Origin: an uncultured Flavobacteriaceae bacterium
GTDB taxonomy: Bacteria > Bacteroidota > Bacteroidia > Flavobacteriales > Flavobacteriaceae
DNA length: 64,000 nucleotides
NCBI GenBank assembly: GCA_963793325.1
Contig: CAWBZU010000001.1
Coordinates: 659,314-723,313 of the forward strand
Direction: 5' to 3'
The notes under the pieces were generated by a model. It was given only the letters and a program-made list of their open reading frames with translations. It did no database searches and was not told the origin of the DNA. This document shows positions 28,653 through 39,306 of this stretch, one piece after another (the first letter of the stretch is position 1; every line of letters begins with the position of its first letter). The position numbers and the translations under genes are program-made.

Positions 28653-28690
28653 AATTACCTATTTTTAAATCTTTATCAATTTAAGCTCTT

Positions 28691-30184
28691 ATGAAAAAAT
28701 TACTGGCTCCGATATTTCTTCTTGTTTTATGGATTAACTATGCACAAGACACTGAACTAAAATCTCAGGTTCGGCATACTATTGATGAATTAACAGAATT
28801 TGTAGCAATCCCTAATGACGCGCTTGATCATTCAGATATAAACAGAAACCTTTCGTGGCTCACTAAAAAATTTAACGAAAGGGGTTTCAATTCATCGGTA
28901 CTTCCCACAGAAGGAGAGTCACTTTTTTTTGCTGCGCTCCCTATGGAAGATGACAAGCCTACCATCCTTTTTTATATGCATTTTGATGGGCAATCCGTGG
29001 ATCCTTCTAAATGGGATCAACCGGATCCATATAAAGTAGTACTTAAATCACAGGAGAATGACGAATGGAAAACACTGTCGTTTGATGATTTAAAGGAGGA
29101 CTTCGACTATGACTGGCGCCTATTTGGCCGCTCTACCTCAGATGATAAAGGGCCCATTGTCATGTTCCTAAATGCCATAGATCTTCTGAAAAAAAACAAT
29201 GTGAAAATCCCGTTTAATATTAAGGTAATATTGGATGGTGAAGAAGAGAAAAGCAGCGCCCCATTGCCAAAGGCGGTAAAGGAATATCGTGAATTGTTGG
29301 AAGCGGATTTTCTGATCATTTCAGATGGTCCTGTACATTCCTCGGGGAAACCAACAATTGCATATGGTACGAGAGGCATAACCACTATAACGCTTACTAC
29401 ATACGGGCCAATATATCCTCAACACAGTGGACATTACGGGAATTATGCCCCAAATCCGGGGTTTCAATTGGCGCAGGTATTAGCCAGTATGAAAGATAAA
29501 GAAGGAAGAGTAGTCATTGATGGTTATTATGACGGTATTAGTTTGGACGAATCAACGTTAAATATACTCCGGAGTGTACCCGATGATGCCAAAATAATCA
29601 ATGAACATCTGTCCATTAAACAGCCTGAAAAAGTGGGTGCATTTTATCAGGAATCCCTGCAATATCCTTCATTAAATATTCGGGGGTTATCTTCGGGATG
29701 GGTTGGTGAAAAAGCGCGTACCATTGTGCCGGAAAGTGCAACTGCAGAAATAGATATCAGGCTGGTGCCCGAAACTGATGGAGTTCGTTTAAAAAATCTT
29801 ATTAGGAAGCATGTGGAAAATGAAGGGTACTATGTAATGGCTGATGTCCCGGATAAAAGTCAACGAATGAAACACGATAAAATTATTACCATTACGGAAG
29901 GTACTGTCACAGATGCATTCAGAACGGATCTGGACAATCCATATGGTGTTTTCCTTGTAGATACGTTTAAAAAAACATTCTCAGAGGATGTCGTACAAAT
30001 CAGGATCATGGGCGGTACCGTGCCCATTGCACCATTTATTAACGAACTTAAAATTCCCGCATTTCTGGTTCCTCTTGTCAATCCGGACAACAATCAACAC
30101 AGTCCGAACGAAAATTTAAAAATTGGCCAGATCGCATATGGCATTCAGGCGTTCTATGGAATTATGAGCAGTGAAATGGAATAA
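28691..30184 (+). CDS. M20/M28-type dipeptidase family protein (secreted)
   Basis: 497 aa with a signal peptide and M20 motifs (HFDGQ, GRSTSDDKGP, DGEEEKSS). Confidence 0.8.
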   Translation: MKKLLAPIFLLVLWINYAQDTELKSQVRHTIDELTEFVAIPNDALDHSDINRNLSWLTKKFNERGFNSSVLPTEGESLFFAALPMEDDKPTILFYMHFDGQSVDPSKWDQPDPYKVVLKSQENDEWKTLSFDDLKEDFDYDWRLFGRSTSDDKGPIVMFLNAIDLLKKNNVKIPFNIKVILDGEEEKSSAPLPKAVKEYRELLEADFLIISDGPVHSSGKPTIAYGTRGITTITLTTYGPIYPQHSGHYGNYAPNPGFQLAQVLASMKDKEGRVVIDGYYDGISLDESTLNILRSVPDDAKIINEHLSIKQPEKVGAFYQESLQYPSLNIRGLSSGWVGEKARTIVPESATAEIDIRLVPETDGVRLKNLIRKHVENEGYYVMADVPDKSQRMKHDKIITITEGTVTDAFRTDLDNPYGVFLVDTFKKTFSEDVVQIRIMGGTVPIAPFINELKIPAFLVPLVNPDNNQHSPNENLKIGQIAYGIQAFYGIMSSEME

Positions 30185-30396
30185 AAATCACTTTCGTTTT
30201 TATGTACCTTGATTTTTAATTGAGCCTTCAATTATATAAAAAAATACCCAAGGTCAATAATTTTCCGGTTTCAGTAAGGTGAAATATTCCGGGAAAAGTG
30301 TGAAATAAATAACCATAGTCTATTCAATAAAGAATAATTTATTTTGTCCCCCTTTTATGAAATTCAAGTGAACTTTTTGAAGATGAAAATTCTGAA

Positions 30397-30825
30397 ATGG
30401 CGACATTTAATAAGTTAATAATCGAGATGGATAGGAGTACGCTGGGTGAAAATGAAATTATAATAAAACCAATGGAGGGTTTTATTCAAGTATATTCCAA
30501 TGGAAATAAAGATATACAATTTGCCACCAGGCTATGGTCAAAAATAGCAGATAATTGCAGATCAATGAATTGTTTCTCCGTTCTTGGTATTGCATATACA
30601 ACTTCTCCTCCAGAGGCTATCGAAGCATATCAGTATGGTGATCTTTTTGAAAAACTTGGGATAGACAAAAATTACCGAATAGCCTGGGTAGAGTTAAACC
30701 CGCTTACCTATAAAACCAGCTATTTTGTTGAAACAGTACTATTGAACCGGGATCAAAATGTACGCCTATTTCACAACGTAGAGCAGGCTAAAATCTGGCT
30801 GTTTCAAGGGGGCCATCAATACTAG
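30397..30825 (+). CDS. Hypothetical protein (possibly STAS/SpoIIAA-like fold)
   Basis: 142-aa ORF with no recognised catalytic motif. The C-terminal pattern VRLFHNVEQAKIWL resembles STAS-like DUF proteins. Weak call. Confidence 0.4.
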   Translation: MATFNKLIIEMDRSTLGENEIIIKPMEGFIQVYSNGNKDIQFATRLWSKIADNCRSMNCFSVLGIAYTTSPPEAIEAYQYGDLFEKLGIDKNYRIAWVELNPLTYKTSYFVETVLLNRDQNVRLFHNVEQAKIWLFQGGHQY

Positions 30826-30906
30826 GCTGTTTCTGAATCTGCCATTCAGGAGTATAAAGGCGGCAAAAGTAAACGTGATTTGGACTACATTAAAGTTGTC
30901 GTTGTA

Positions 30907-33453
30907 TTAAGCTGAATTCCTGCTTGCATTAATATTACCGTACAGCGAGCGTGTGACTATTTTTTCATAAAGCTCCTTATAATCCGAATTCTCACTAATC
31001 TGATGCAGGGCATACTGCTGAATTACCAGCAGGGGTAATACAATATTTTCCCTGATCTTAATGGATTCCCTTGAAACAGCTTCGTTTTCCATGAGTATAT
31101 CTGAATTACTAAGAAGCAATAACATTTTTTTTGAAAGCAGGTATTCATCATGCAGGATATTCCAGAATTCCCCGTATTCCTCATCATCCTTCATATAAGC
31201 TGTGAGTTCAAAATAACACTTGGACAAAGACATCATACTGTTTAACATTAAAGTTTCAAAGAAAGGAACTTCCCTGAACAGTTTCTTTAAATCTTTTAGC
31301 CTTCCTTCATCTTTCAGTTTATTAATAGCAGTACCTATGCCAAAATACCCGGGAACATTTTGTTTAAGCTGGCTCCATGACCCTACAAAGGATATTGCTC
31401 TCAGATCAGTGAGTTCTAATTTTGCCTTCTGTCCTCTCTTCCCCGGCCTGCTGCCAATATTAGCCTTGTTATAATATTTTAATGTACTCCTGTTTTCCAA
31501 ATAAGGAATAAACATTTTATGTTGTTTGAGTGCATCGTATTTGTCAAAACTCAAATCGGAAAGTTCTTCCATTAACTTTCGCGATTCTCTTGAGATCACA
31601 TTCTCTTTACCAAAAAGGTTATTTGACAATCCTGCAGTTAGTAACTGTTCTGAATTATGCATGAATTGCTCCTTGGTTCCATATGTACTTGTTATAGTCT
31701 GACCCTGTATGGTTAATTGTATTTCGTTATTTGCTATATCCTTCGTTTGTGCGGCATAAAAGCGATGCGTTTTGCCTCCTCCACGCGCAGGTGGGCCTCC
31801 CCTTCCATCAAAAAATATAGCATTTATTCCGTTCCTTGAACATACTTTTGACAAAACCTCCTTAGTTTTTAAAATAGACCAATTGGCTTTTAAATAACCT
31901 CCATCTTTAGTGCCATCGGAGAATCCGAGCATCATGGTCTGCCTGTCACCACGCGTTTCCAGGTGATAACGATAGTCAGGCAAATCAAATAAAGCCTGCA
32001 TAGTGTTCTCGGCCGTATCCATACCGTTCATAGTTTCAAACAATGGAATGATATCAAAAGTGATATTGCCTTTCTCCCAGCCGCACCATCTGAATAGTCC
32101 GTAAACAAAAAGTACAGAATAGATATCCTCCGAATTACTTATGATATAACGATTACAACCCTCTTCGCCATTTTTATTCTGGATATCCTTTAAGTGTGAG
32201 ATATTTACAATCGTATCCTTAACAATTTCATTATCAAAATCTTCTGGATCTAATTTCAAATTTTCATTGATTAGTAAATTTGTCAGTTTAGCTTCAGAAA
32301 GCTCATCAAGGCTTTCGTTTAGGTAACCATAAGTTCTAAGAACCGTTTCAACCACCAATTTATGTTGACTATGGTCCTGTCGGATATCAAGTGTGGCAAA
32401 ATGTGTCTTGAATATTTTTACCTTATCAATGAGATCATCCAGTTGTTTCAGATATAGTGAATTATACTTTTTAATCAATATCTCACGAACTGTGATTAAT
32501 GGCCCTATAATATCATCGTAGCTCACCACTTTTTTAGGGTCGAACATAGAGACATAAAGCTGGTCCCTTAGTTCGTTCAAGTCCGGGCGAAGGTCTTTAA
32601 ACGTAAGTTTCTTGCGTAGGATTTTAAGATCGTTATAGTAACATTTCATTAAATTAATACGCAGTTCATCAGCTACATCTCTAGTGATATCAGCAGTTAC
32701 AAAGGGGTTGCCATCCCTATCACCACCCGGCCAAAACCCAAGTTTAATAATATTATAATTATCAAAATCATCATTCTCTATGTTGCTTTTTATATAGGCA
32801 AATAACTCCCCGACCGCAGCGTAGTATACATTTCTAAGGATATAAATAATATTTTTTGCCTCATCCAATGGCGTAGGCTTTTTTGAATTAATCAAAGAAG
32901 TCAGCCCTAATTGTTGAAGCACCACATCAATATCATTAATCTTATTCTCAAGAATAAGTTTCTTCAATTCTTCAATAATATCAAGCACCGCCGGTGTATA
33001 GAACTGAGTCGGATGAGCCGTTAGAACAATCCGCGCACTGAATGTCGACAATTTCTTTGCGATCTTATCCCAGCTTTTGTTTTTATCCACTAACTGAAAG
33101 TAGTCTTTTATGGATAGAGAACTTGTGTGTTCATGAAGCTTTGGAAAAGCAGCATCTTCAACACTATCATACAATACTACCTGCCTCTCGACATATTGAA
33201 TGATCCGGAACATAAAATCAATTCTATCTTTTTCAGCATCAATATTCGCATAGTTCTGAAAAAAAAGATCTAAGATTTGCTGTGGGTTTTTGCCAGAACC
33301 AAGCCCTTTCTCGCATTGATAAAACAATAGCGGAATAAGCCGTCCCACATTTTCAATATTCCTGTAAGGTAGGTTTAAAAATAAGCTGTTGTATATGTAG
33401 AACTTATTTGTAACCGATTTTTTAAACTCCTCTAATCTTTCCGTCTTGTGCAT
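30907..33453 (-). CDS. ppc: Phosphoenolpyruvate carboxylase
   Basis: About 848 aa with VLTAHPTQ, the GFSDGTKDGGYL region and a FFDGRGGPPARGGG loop. The ATG at 33453 is preferred over the ORF-track TTG at 33459. Confidence 0.92.
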   Translation of the reverse strand: MHKTERLEEFKKSVTNKFYIYNSLFLNLPYRNIENVGRLIPLLFYQCEKGLGSGKNPQQILDLFFQNYANIDAEKDRIDFMFRIIQYVERQVVLYDSVEDAAFPKLHEHTSSLSIKDYFQLVDKNKSWDKIAKKLSTFSARIVLTAHPTQFYTPAVLDIIEELKKLILENKINDIDVVLQQLGLTSLINSKKPTPLDEAKNIIYILRNVYYAAVGELFAYIKSNIENDDFDNYNIIKLGFWPGGDRDGNPFVTADITRDVADELRINLMKCYYNDLKILRKKLTFKDLRPDLNELRDQLYVSMFDPKKVVSYDDIIGPLITVREILIKKYNSLYLKQLDDLIDKVKIFKTHFATLDIRQDHSQHKLVVETVLRTYGYLNESLDELSEAKLTNLLINENLKLDPEDFDNEIVKDTIVNISHLKDIQNKNGEEGCNRYIISNSEDIYSVLFVYGLFRWCGWEKGNITFDIIPLFETMNGMDTAENTMQALFDLPDYRYHLETRGDRQTMMLGFSDGTKDGGYLKANWSILKTKEVLSKVCSRNGINAIFFDGRGGPPARGGGKTHRFYAAQTKDIANNEIQLTIQGQTITSTYGTKEQFMHNSEQLLTAGLSNNLFGKENVISRESRKLMEELSDLSFDKYDALKQHKMFIPYLENRSTLKYYNKANIGSRPGKRGQKAKLELTDLRAISFVGSWSQLKQNVPGYFGIGTAINKLKDEGRLKDLKKLFREVPFFETLMLNSMMSLSKCYFELTAYMKDDEEYGEFWNILHDEYLLSKKMLLLLSNSDILMENEAVSRESIKIRENIVLPLLVIQQYALHQISENSDYKELYEKIVTRSLYGNINASRNSA

Positions 33454-33724
33454 AAACAATAGTAACTATTCTATTGAAACCCTTTCAATTACTCTTATTA
33501 TTGGTTTCAGGTCCCTAAATATCCGCATTAATTTCTAATCTTTTGCCGTAAAACAGGCAAATCACAAAATAAATTGTCTTCATCAAAAAACTAACATCCA
33601 CTAAAATTTAAGTTTCTTTTTTTCTAACCATCCTCTCAATATTAACTCATAATTGCCCGGATGTAATTATTTCCAGAAAACTACCAAAATTATATGGCAG
33701 GCCTAGCTTTTAAGATATATTAAG

Positions 33725-34387
33725 CTAAAAAAAGTCGCGGTACTGATCTACCCTGAACTGCAAAGCTGTATACCCAGGATTTTCGGCCTTTCTCCTTTTG
33801 TAGGAAATAAAACTACCGACAGCCCTATTAGCGGACCCGGATGGCGCTGTTAAGGATACCGTCCTGATAGTTCTATTTAAATCTCCAACCATCTTAAATT
33901 TATGTACTTTGGGTACCTCTTCAGATACCGGCTCCAGCCACACACCATGCTGCTTCATAAGCTTTCTGAAAAAATATTCCGGCCCGTTCTTACTATTTCC
34001 CCCTGTAAATAAAAGGGTATCCACCTTGCTGTATCTATTTAAACATCCTATAAGGTCTCTTAGGTTAACATTCTTCATGCCCAAATCCGATGCATCCACT
34101 TTTAATCGATTTGCGCTCTGGACAATATCACAGATCCCTATTTTGCGTTCTTTCAGAAAATCCTTACGCTGTCTCACAGCTTCCCTGGTTGTTTCGTACT
34201 TTAAATTCAAACCAAAGATTTGATCTAAAATAGGCCATAACTGTCCATCCCTGCTTCCATAACAAAAATTGACATCTCCTTCCTTCAAATCGCCAGTAGA
34301 AAACCTGGGTGGCGGCAAGGTACCTACAATTAGCTTTGTAGTATCATCAAATAAAAAAGGTTCATAAGGGTGTGTGTGTAAAAACAA
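33725..34387 (-). CDS. Uracil-DNA glycosylase superfamily protein (family 6 / DNA-deoxyinosine glycosylase-like)
   Basis: 220 aa. The N-terminal HPYEPF...LIVGTLPPP...FCYGSRDGQLWPIL pattern resembles the HPFEP...GSFPP...FYY..N.FW arrangement I recall for this family. There is no in-frame ATG near the N-terminus, so a TTG start is inferred. Confidence 0.55.
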   Translation of the reverse strand: MFLHTHPYEPFLFDDTTKLIVGTLPPPRFSTGDLKEGDVNFCYGSRDGQLWPILDQIFGLNLKYETTREAVRQRKDFLKERKIGICDIVQSANRLKVDASDLGMKNVNLRDLIGCLNRYSKVDTLLFTGGNSKNGPEYFFRKLMKQHGVWLEPVSEEVPKVHKFKMVGDLNRTIRTVSLTAPSGSANRAVGSFISYKRRKAENPGYTALQFRVDQYRDFF

Positions 34388-34518
34388 TTTGAATACAGTT
34401 TATTGCTGATTTCTCTGTAAATTATCTATTTCATAAAGATAGTATTTTGTAAAAAGGCAAAACAGCAAATTGCAGTTTTCTGCTAATTTTTGTAACTTGA
34501 AGGAAATAAACGGGAATT

Positions 34519-34647
34519 ATGGGTAAAGGGGATATAAAAACCAAAAAAGGTAAGATTTCCAATAAATCTTACGGCGCCCGCAGACCTAAAAAGTCTAAAG
34601 GGAAAACAGTTGTGGTAAAGAAAAAAAGCACCAAGGGGAAAGCCTAA
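34519..34647 (+). CDS. 30S ribosomal protein bTHX
   Basis: Below the ORF-track size cut-off. Manual translation gives MGKGDIKTKKGKISNKSYGARRPKKSKGKTVVVKKKSTKGKA (42 aa, very basic), which matches the MGKGD.KT..GK pattern of Bacteroidota bTHX. Confidence 0.6.
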   Translation: MGKGDIKTKKGKISNKSYGARRPKKSKGKTVVVKKKSTKGKA

Positions 34648-35012
34648 TCCACAGCAAACTCAAGTGCAACTTCTCCTTCCTCATTAACGCTGAGTTTATA
34701 GGTGTAGAAACCAATAGGAAGTTCCTGTTCACCAACAAAATCTATGGGCTGTAAGGACACATAAGAATCTTCTCCGGACTTGATTTCAACAAAGGCATAT
34801 TTATAAGCCATCTCATATACCAAATAATTCGAATATTCGCCAGGTGCGATGTTTATATATAATTCTTCATTAGTACCTACCTGTACTTCATCAAAATTAA
34901 CACTGCTATCATTCTTTATACGGATATTGACTGTATCTACATTATCATCCCTGTCTGAACAACTTAATGTAAATACTAAAAAGGCAAGTAAAACAAAACC
35001 AAAATTCTTCAT
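34644..35012 (-). CDS. Hypothetical lipoprotein
   Basis: 122 aa with a lipobox (LVFTLSCSD). No recognisable domain. Confidence 0.5.
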   Translation of the reverse strand: MKNFGFVLLAFLVFTLSCSDRDDNVDTVNIRIKNDSSVNFDEVQVGTNEELYINIAPGEYSNYLVYEMAYKYAFVEIKSGEDSYVSLQPIDFVGEQELPIGFYTYKLSVNEEGEVALEFAVD

Positions 35013-35069
35013 TGCAACTTGTTTATAAATAGAAGTTCGTATTATAAACGTTTACATCAGAAAATTATT

Positions 35070-35831
35070 CTATCGGATAAATACAGGTTGATTTTCTTTT
35101 AAAGTATGCTCCTTGCTATAGATATATTCATCCAGGTTAAATCCCTTTATGTCTTCAAGAGTTTTGGCATCGGTATCCAGAATATATCGGACCATTGAAC
35201 CCCGTGCCTTTTTTGCAAAGAAACTAATCACCTTGAGTTTATCGTTTTTCCAATCTTTAAATACCGGGGTAATTATTTGCGTTTTTAATTTTTTAGCATC
35301 CACGGCACTAAAATATTCATTACTGGCAAGGTTAATAAACAGCTCTCCTTCTTCAAGTTCTTCGTTCAAAAAGTTAGTTATTGAAAATTTCCAAAAGTCG
35401 TAAAGGTTCTTTTTTCGACCAATTTTTAATTGTGTTCCCATCTCCAGACGATAGGGCTGAATCAGATCAAATGGTTTCAGAACACCATATAATCCTGAAA
35501 GAATTCTAAGTGTGTCCTGCAACTTTTCCAATTTATCTCCGGAAATACTATAAGCATCCAAACCCTGATATACATCCCCATTAAATGCATATATAGCCGG
35601 GCGGGAATTTTCCGGTGTGAAAGGAAGCATAAACTTCTGGTTGCGCTCCCAGTTTAATTCAGCCAGATCATTGGAAATACCCATCAATTTGGATAAGGCT
35701 TTGGGGGTTTTCCTTAACAGTACTTTATTTATTTTTTCCGATTGCTCAAGAAACTTCGGTTCTGAATATTTCCCGGAGGGCAATGGCCTCTCAAAGTCAA
35801 GTGATTTAGCAGGAGAAAGCAGAATCTTCAT
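35070..35831 (-). CDS. yaaA: Peroxide stress protein YaaA (DUF328)
   Basis: 253 aa, with [13 protein letters not shown] at the N-terminus and a conserved YRLEM motif. Confidence 0.87.
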   Translation of the reverse strand: MKILLSPAKSLDFERPLPSGKYSEPKFLEQSEKINKVLLRKTPKALSKLMGISNDLAELNWERNQKFMLPFTPENSRPAIYAFNGDVYQGLDAYSISGDKLEKLQDTLRILSGLYGVLKPFDLIQPYRLEMGTQLKIGRKKNLYDFWKFSITNFLNEELEEGELFINLASNEYFSAVDAKKLKTQIITPVFKDWKNDKLKVISFFAKKARGSMVRYILDTDAKTLEDIKGFNLDEYIYSKEHTLKENQPVFIR

Positions 35832-35927
35832 TTTATTATTATTTAAAGGTAAAAATAAAGAGGATTTTAGCGAATTCCTTTATAAGCGTAAAAAGACTTT
35901 CAATACCTCTATCAACAAAATTTATAA

Positions 35928-36953
35928 TTATTGAGAATGCTTTGAATAATTTCTCCATTTGTCAATGCAATGTGCCATATCTTCTGGAATTTCACTATCA
36001 AAACGCATCATTTCACCGCTTGTGGGATGCACAAAACCCAGGGTCTTGGCATGCAAAGCCTGTCTTGGCAGAATCTTAAAAGCATTTTCCACAAATTGTT
36101 TGTATTTGGTAAAAGTGGTTCCCTTTAATATTTTATCCCCACCATATCGTTCATCATTAAAAATAGTGTGCCCAATATATTTCATGTGCACACGAATCTG
36201 ATGTGTCCTTCCGGTCTCCAGTTTGCAAGAAACCAGAGTTACATATCCCAGACGTTCCATGACCTTATAGTGGGTAACTGCCTCTTTTCCTTTATCACCT
36301 TCCGGAAATACCTGCATTTGAAGCCGGTTTTTTGGATTTCGGTCAATATGCCCCTCTATAGTACCTTCTTCTTCCTCCAAATTCCCCCAAACCAAAGCCA
36401 CATACTCTCTCTCACTGGTTTTATCGAAAAATTGCTTCGCCAAATGGGTCATAGCCAATTCCGTTTTGGCAATTACCAATAATCCGGAGGTGTCTTTATC
36501 TATACGATGGACAAGTCCCGGCCTATCATCGGAATTTACAGGCAGACTTTTAATATGATGTAACAAGGCATTAATTAAAGTACCGGAATAATTGCCATGT
36601 CCAGGGTGGACTACCATTCCTGCAGGTTTGTTTACTACCAAAAGACTTTCATCTTCAAAGACAATATCCAGAGGAATATCTTCAGGAGACAATAAGAACT
36701 CATATGGGGGGTGTTCAAAAAACACTTTAACCTGATCCCCTGCTTTTACCTTATAGTTTTGTTTTACAATGGTATCGTTAACCCATATATGACCTTCTTT
36801 AGCGGCCAATTGGATTTTATTACGAGTGGCATTTTCAATAAAATTCATCAAAAACTTATCCACCCGCAAGGGTTCCTGCCCTTTGGATGCAATAAAATTA
36901 TAATGCTCAAAAAGCTCTTCCTCAATTGGATCTGAATTGTTTTCGAGTGCCAT
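35928..36953 (-). CDS. rluD: RluA-family 23S rRNA pseudouridine synthase (RluD-like)
   Basis: 341 aa with an S4 domain and catalytic HRIDKDTSGLLV, plus GRTHQIRVH. Confidence 0.9.
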   Translation of the reverse strand: MALENNSDPIEEELFEHYNFIASKGQEPLRVDKFLMNFIENATRNKIQLAAKEGHIWVNDTIVKQNYKVKAGDQVKVFFEHPPYEFLLSPEDIPLDIVFEDESLLVVNKPAGMVVHPGHGNYSGTLINALLHHIKSLPVNSDDRPGLVHRIDKDTSGLLVIAKTELAMTHLAKQFFDKTSEREYVALVWGNLEEEEGTIEGHIDRNPKNRLQMQVFPEGDKGKEAVTHYKVMERLGYVTLVSCKLETGRTHQIRVHMKYIGHTIFNDERYGGDKILKGTTFTKYKQFVENAFKILPRQALHAKTLGFVHPTSGEMMRFDSEIPEDMAHCIDKWRNYSKHSQ

Positions 36954-36954
36954 T

Positions 36955-37542
36955 CTATTCGGAATCGGCTTTTACCTGGGCCTGACCTGTTATAGTTCCG
37001 TTTCCACAGACCAGTTCAATTTTAGAAGTTTTTGGAATTTTATCGCCTGGATTAATGGTCTTACCTTTGTATTTAATATAGTATACCATATCCTTACCTA
37101 ACTCATCAATATATGTGACACGTTCCACCTCCAAACCAACAGCCCGGAGCATTGATCCCGCGTTACGTTGGGTAACCTGAATAATATTAGGAACCGTTAC
37201 CTTTTTATAGCCGGAAGGATTAACAGTAATGTAAATTTTTCTATTTTCCTTTACTCTATTCCCGGCCGGAGGATCTTGTTCAATAATAGAAAATCTGGGA
37301 TATTCGGGATTATAATTGGCAGAATCCAAAACCTCATATCGCAAATTTGCATCTTCAATTACATCTCTCATTTCAACCACCGATAACTTGGATAAATCAG
37401 GGACTTCCACAAATTCACCGTGTTTAGTAGATTTTTTTAACCATTGCAAGGTTAGCAAGGATAAAACAACTATAACTAAAAAGGCAAGTCCAATATTGAT
37501 CAGAAAAACTTTGCTTCTGAGAAAATTCCATAAATTCTTCAT
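36955..37542 (-). CDS. PASTA domain-containing membrane-anchored protein
   Basis: 195 aa with an N-terminal TM helix and PASTA-like repeats (VPDLSKLSVVEMRDVIEDANL..., VPNIIQVTQRNAGSMLRAVGL...). It lies 1 nt upstream of rluD. Confidence 0.7.
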   Translation of the reverse strand: MKNLWNFLRSKVFLINIGLAFLVIVVLSLLTLQWLKKSTKHGEFVEVPDLSKLSVVEMRDVIEDANLRYEVLDSANYNPEYPRFSIIEQDPPAGNRVKENRKIYITVNPSGYKKVTVPNIIQVTQRNAGSMLRAVGLEVERVTYIDELGKDMVYYIKYKGKTINPGDKIPKTSKIELVCGNGTITGQAQVKADSE

Positions 37543-37653
37543 TGCTCTTTTTTATTTATGACACAAATATAGGAAACCCTATCATTTTTTATTTACGTTA
37601 AAAACGTGATATTTGTCGTAACTGGTTAAGAAGATATTTATACATAACATTAG

Positions 37654-38628
37654 ATGAAAAAGAATATTGCCATTATCATGGGGGGTTATTCCAGCGAATT
37701 CAGGATTTCAATTAAAAGTGGCAATGTAGTTTTCAAATATTTAGATCGGCAAAAATTTAATACATATCGCATTGTAATTTCCAAGGAAAAATGGGTCTAT
37801 CTGGATGACAACGAAAACGAACTGCCCGTAAACAGACATGATTTCTCCGTTGAGATTAAGAATCGGGTGGTTACTTTCGATTGTGTATTTAATGCAATTC
37901 ATGGTTCTCCCGGGGAAGACGGATTAATGCAGGCCTATTTCGCCCTTTTAGAAATTCCCCAAACATCCTGCAATCATTATCAGGCAGCCCTGACATTTAA
38001 TAAAAGAGATTTATTAAGTACGCTTAAGCCCTATGGTATTAAAGCGGCAGATTCCTATTATCTGAATTTGGGCGATATTATTGATCATGCTTCGATTGTA
38101 GATAAAGTAGGCCTTCCTTGCTTTGTAAAAGCCAATAAAGCAGGAAGTAGTTTTGGTATTTCCAAAGTTTATGAGAAAAAGGATTTGCAGGCAGCAATTG
38201 ACAAGGCTTTTCAGGAGGATGATGAAATTATAATAGAATCTTATCTCAACGGTACGGAAGTTTCCGTTGGTGTTATAACCTATAAAAATAAAACGTTGGT
38301 TTTGCCTATAACAGAAATTGTTTCGGAGAATGATTTTTTTGATTATGAAGCAAAATATGAGGGAAAGTCAAAGGAAATTACCCCTGCACGTCTATCCAAA
38401 ATTCAAGAAGAAAACGTAAGGCATCAGGCCAAAAAGGCTTATGAAATTTTAAAAATGAAAGGTTTTTCAAGAAGTGAATTTATATTTATTGGTAACGAGC
38501 CATATATGCTTGAGATGAACACAACTCCGGGTTTAACGGAAGAGAGTATTTTACCACAACAGGCACGCAATGCTGGTATAAGTCTGCCAGAACTTTTTGA
38601 AAGCGCCATAAATGAAGCATTGAAGTAA
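37654..38628 (+). CDS. ddl: D-alanine--D-alanine ligase
   Basis: 324 aa with MGGYSSE, HGSPGEDG, an ATP-grasp region and EMNTTPG. Confidence 0.94.
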   Translation: MKKNIAIIMGGYSSEFRISIKSGNVVFKYLDRQKFNTYRIVISKEKWVYLDDNENELPVNRHDFSVEIKNRVVTFDCVFNAIHGSPGEDGLMQAYFALLEIPQTSCNHYQAALTFNKRDLLSTLKPYGIKAADSYYLNLGDIIDHASIVDKVGLPCFVKANKAGSSFGISKVYEKKDLQAAIDKAFQEDDEIIIESYLNGTEVSVGVITYKNKTLVLPITEIVSENDFFDYEAKYEGKSKEITPARLSKIQEENVRHQAKKAYEILKMKGFSRSEFIFIGNEPYMLEMNTTPGLTEESILPQQARNAGISLPELFESAINEALK

Positions 38629-38663
38629 ATTAAGTACATTTAACACAAAATCCAAGAATCCCA

Positions 38664-39116
38664 ATGAAGCGCGCTATTTTTCCAGGTTCTTTTGACCCCA
38701 TAACTTTGGGCCATTCAGATATTATTGAAAGAGGAATTTCTTTATTTGATGAACTTATTATTGCTATTGGGATAAATGCTGAAAAGAACTATATGTTCTC
38801 TCTTGAAGAACGGATGTCTTTTATAACTGAGGCTTTTAAAAATGAGCCTAAAGTTAGAATTATGACCTATCATGGCCTTACTATAGATTTATGTAAGAAA
38901 GTAAATGCGGGGTATATTCTACGTGGTCTTCGCAATCCGGGGGATTTTGAGTTTGAAAAAGCCATTGCACATACCAATAGAAAGCTTTCAGATATTGAAA
39001 CCGTATTTCTGCTAACTGCTTCAGGCAAATCCTTTATTAGTTCATCAATTGTAAGAGATGTTATAAGAAATGGAGGAGATTTCAGTGTTTTGGTACCAAA
39101 TACCGTAAAACTTTGA
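38664..39116 (+). CDS. coaD: Phosphopantetheine adenylyltransferase
   Basis: 150 aa with FPGSFDPITLGH and RGLRNPGDFEFE. Confidence 0.95.
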   Translation: MKRAIFPGSFDPITLGHSDIIERGISLFDELIIAIGINAEKNYMFSLEERMSFITEAFKNEPKVRIMTYHGLTIDLCKKVNAGYILRGLRNPGDFEFEKAIAHTNRKLSDIETVFLLTASGKSFISSSIVRDVIRNGGDFSVLVPNTVKL

Positions 39117-39306
39117 TATCTTTCCTTCAATGGCCGGTTAATATCAATAAATATAGAGCTTTCCCCTTTTAATTGATATACTATATTTCATAAATTATTT
39201 CTTTTTAGTAGGAATTTACTTTCATTTTTAGTTATTTTATCGTGTACTCTATGTAATATTGAAGTCACACAACGAGTTTAGGCTAGTTCACAACAATCAT
39301 TGATAA

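Noticed and set aside
33541-33561. A hairpin tttgcc-gtaaaaca-ggcaaa in the ppc/UDG spacer, as a possible terminator.
   Set aside because: The stem is only 6 bp, the loop is 8 nt, and there is no U-tract on either strand.
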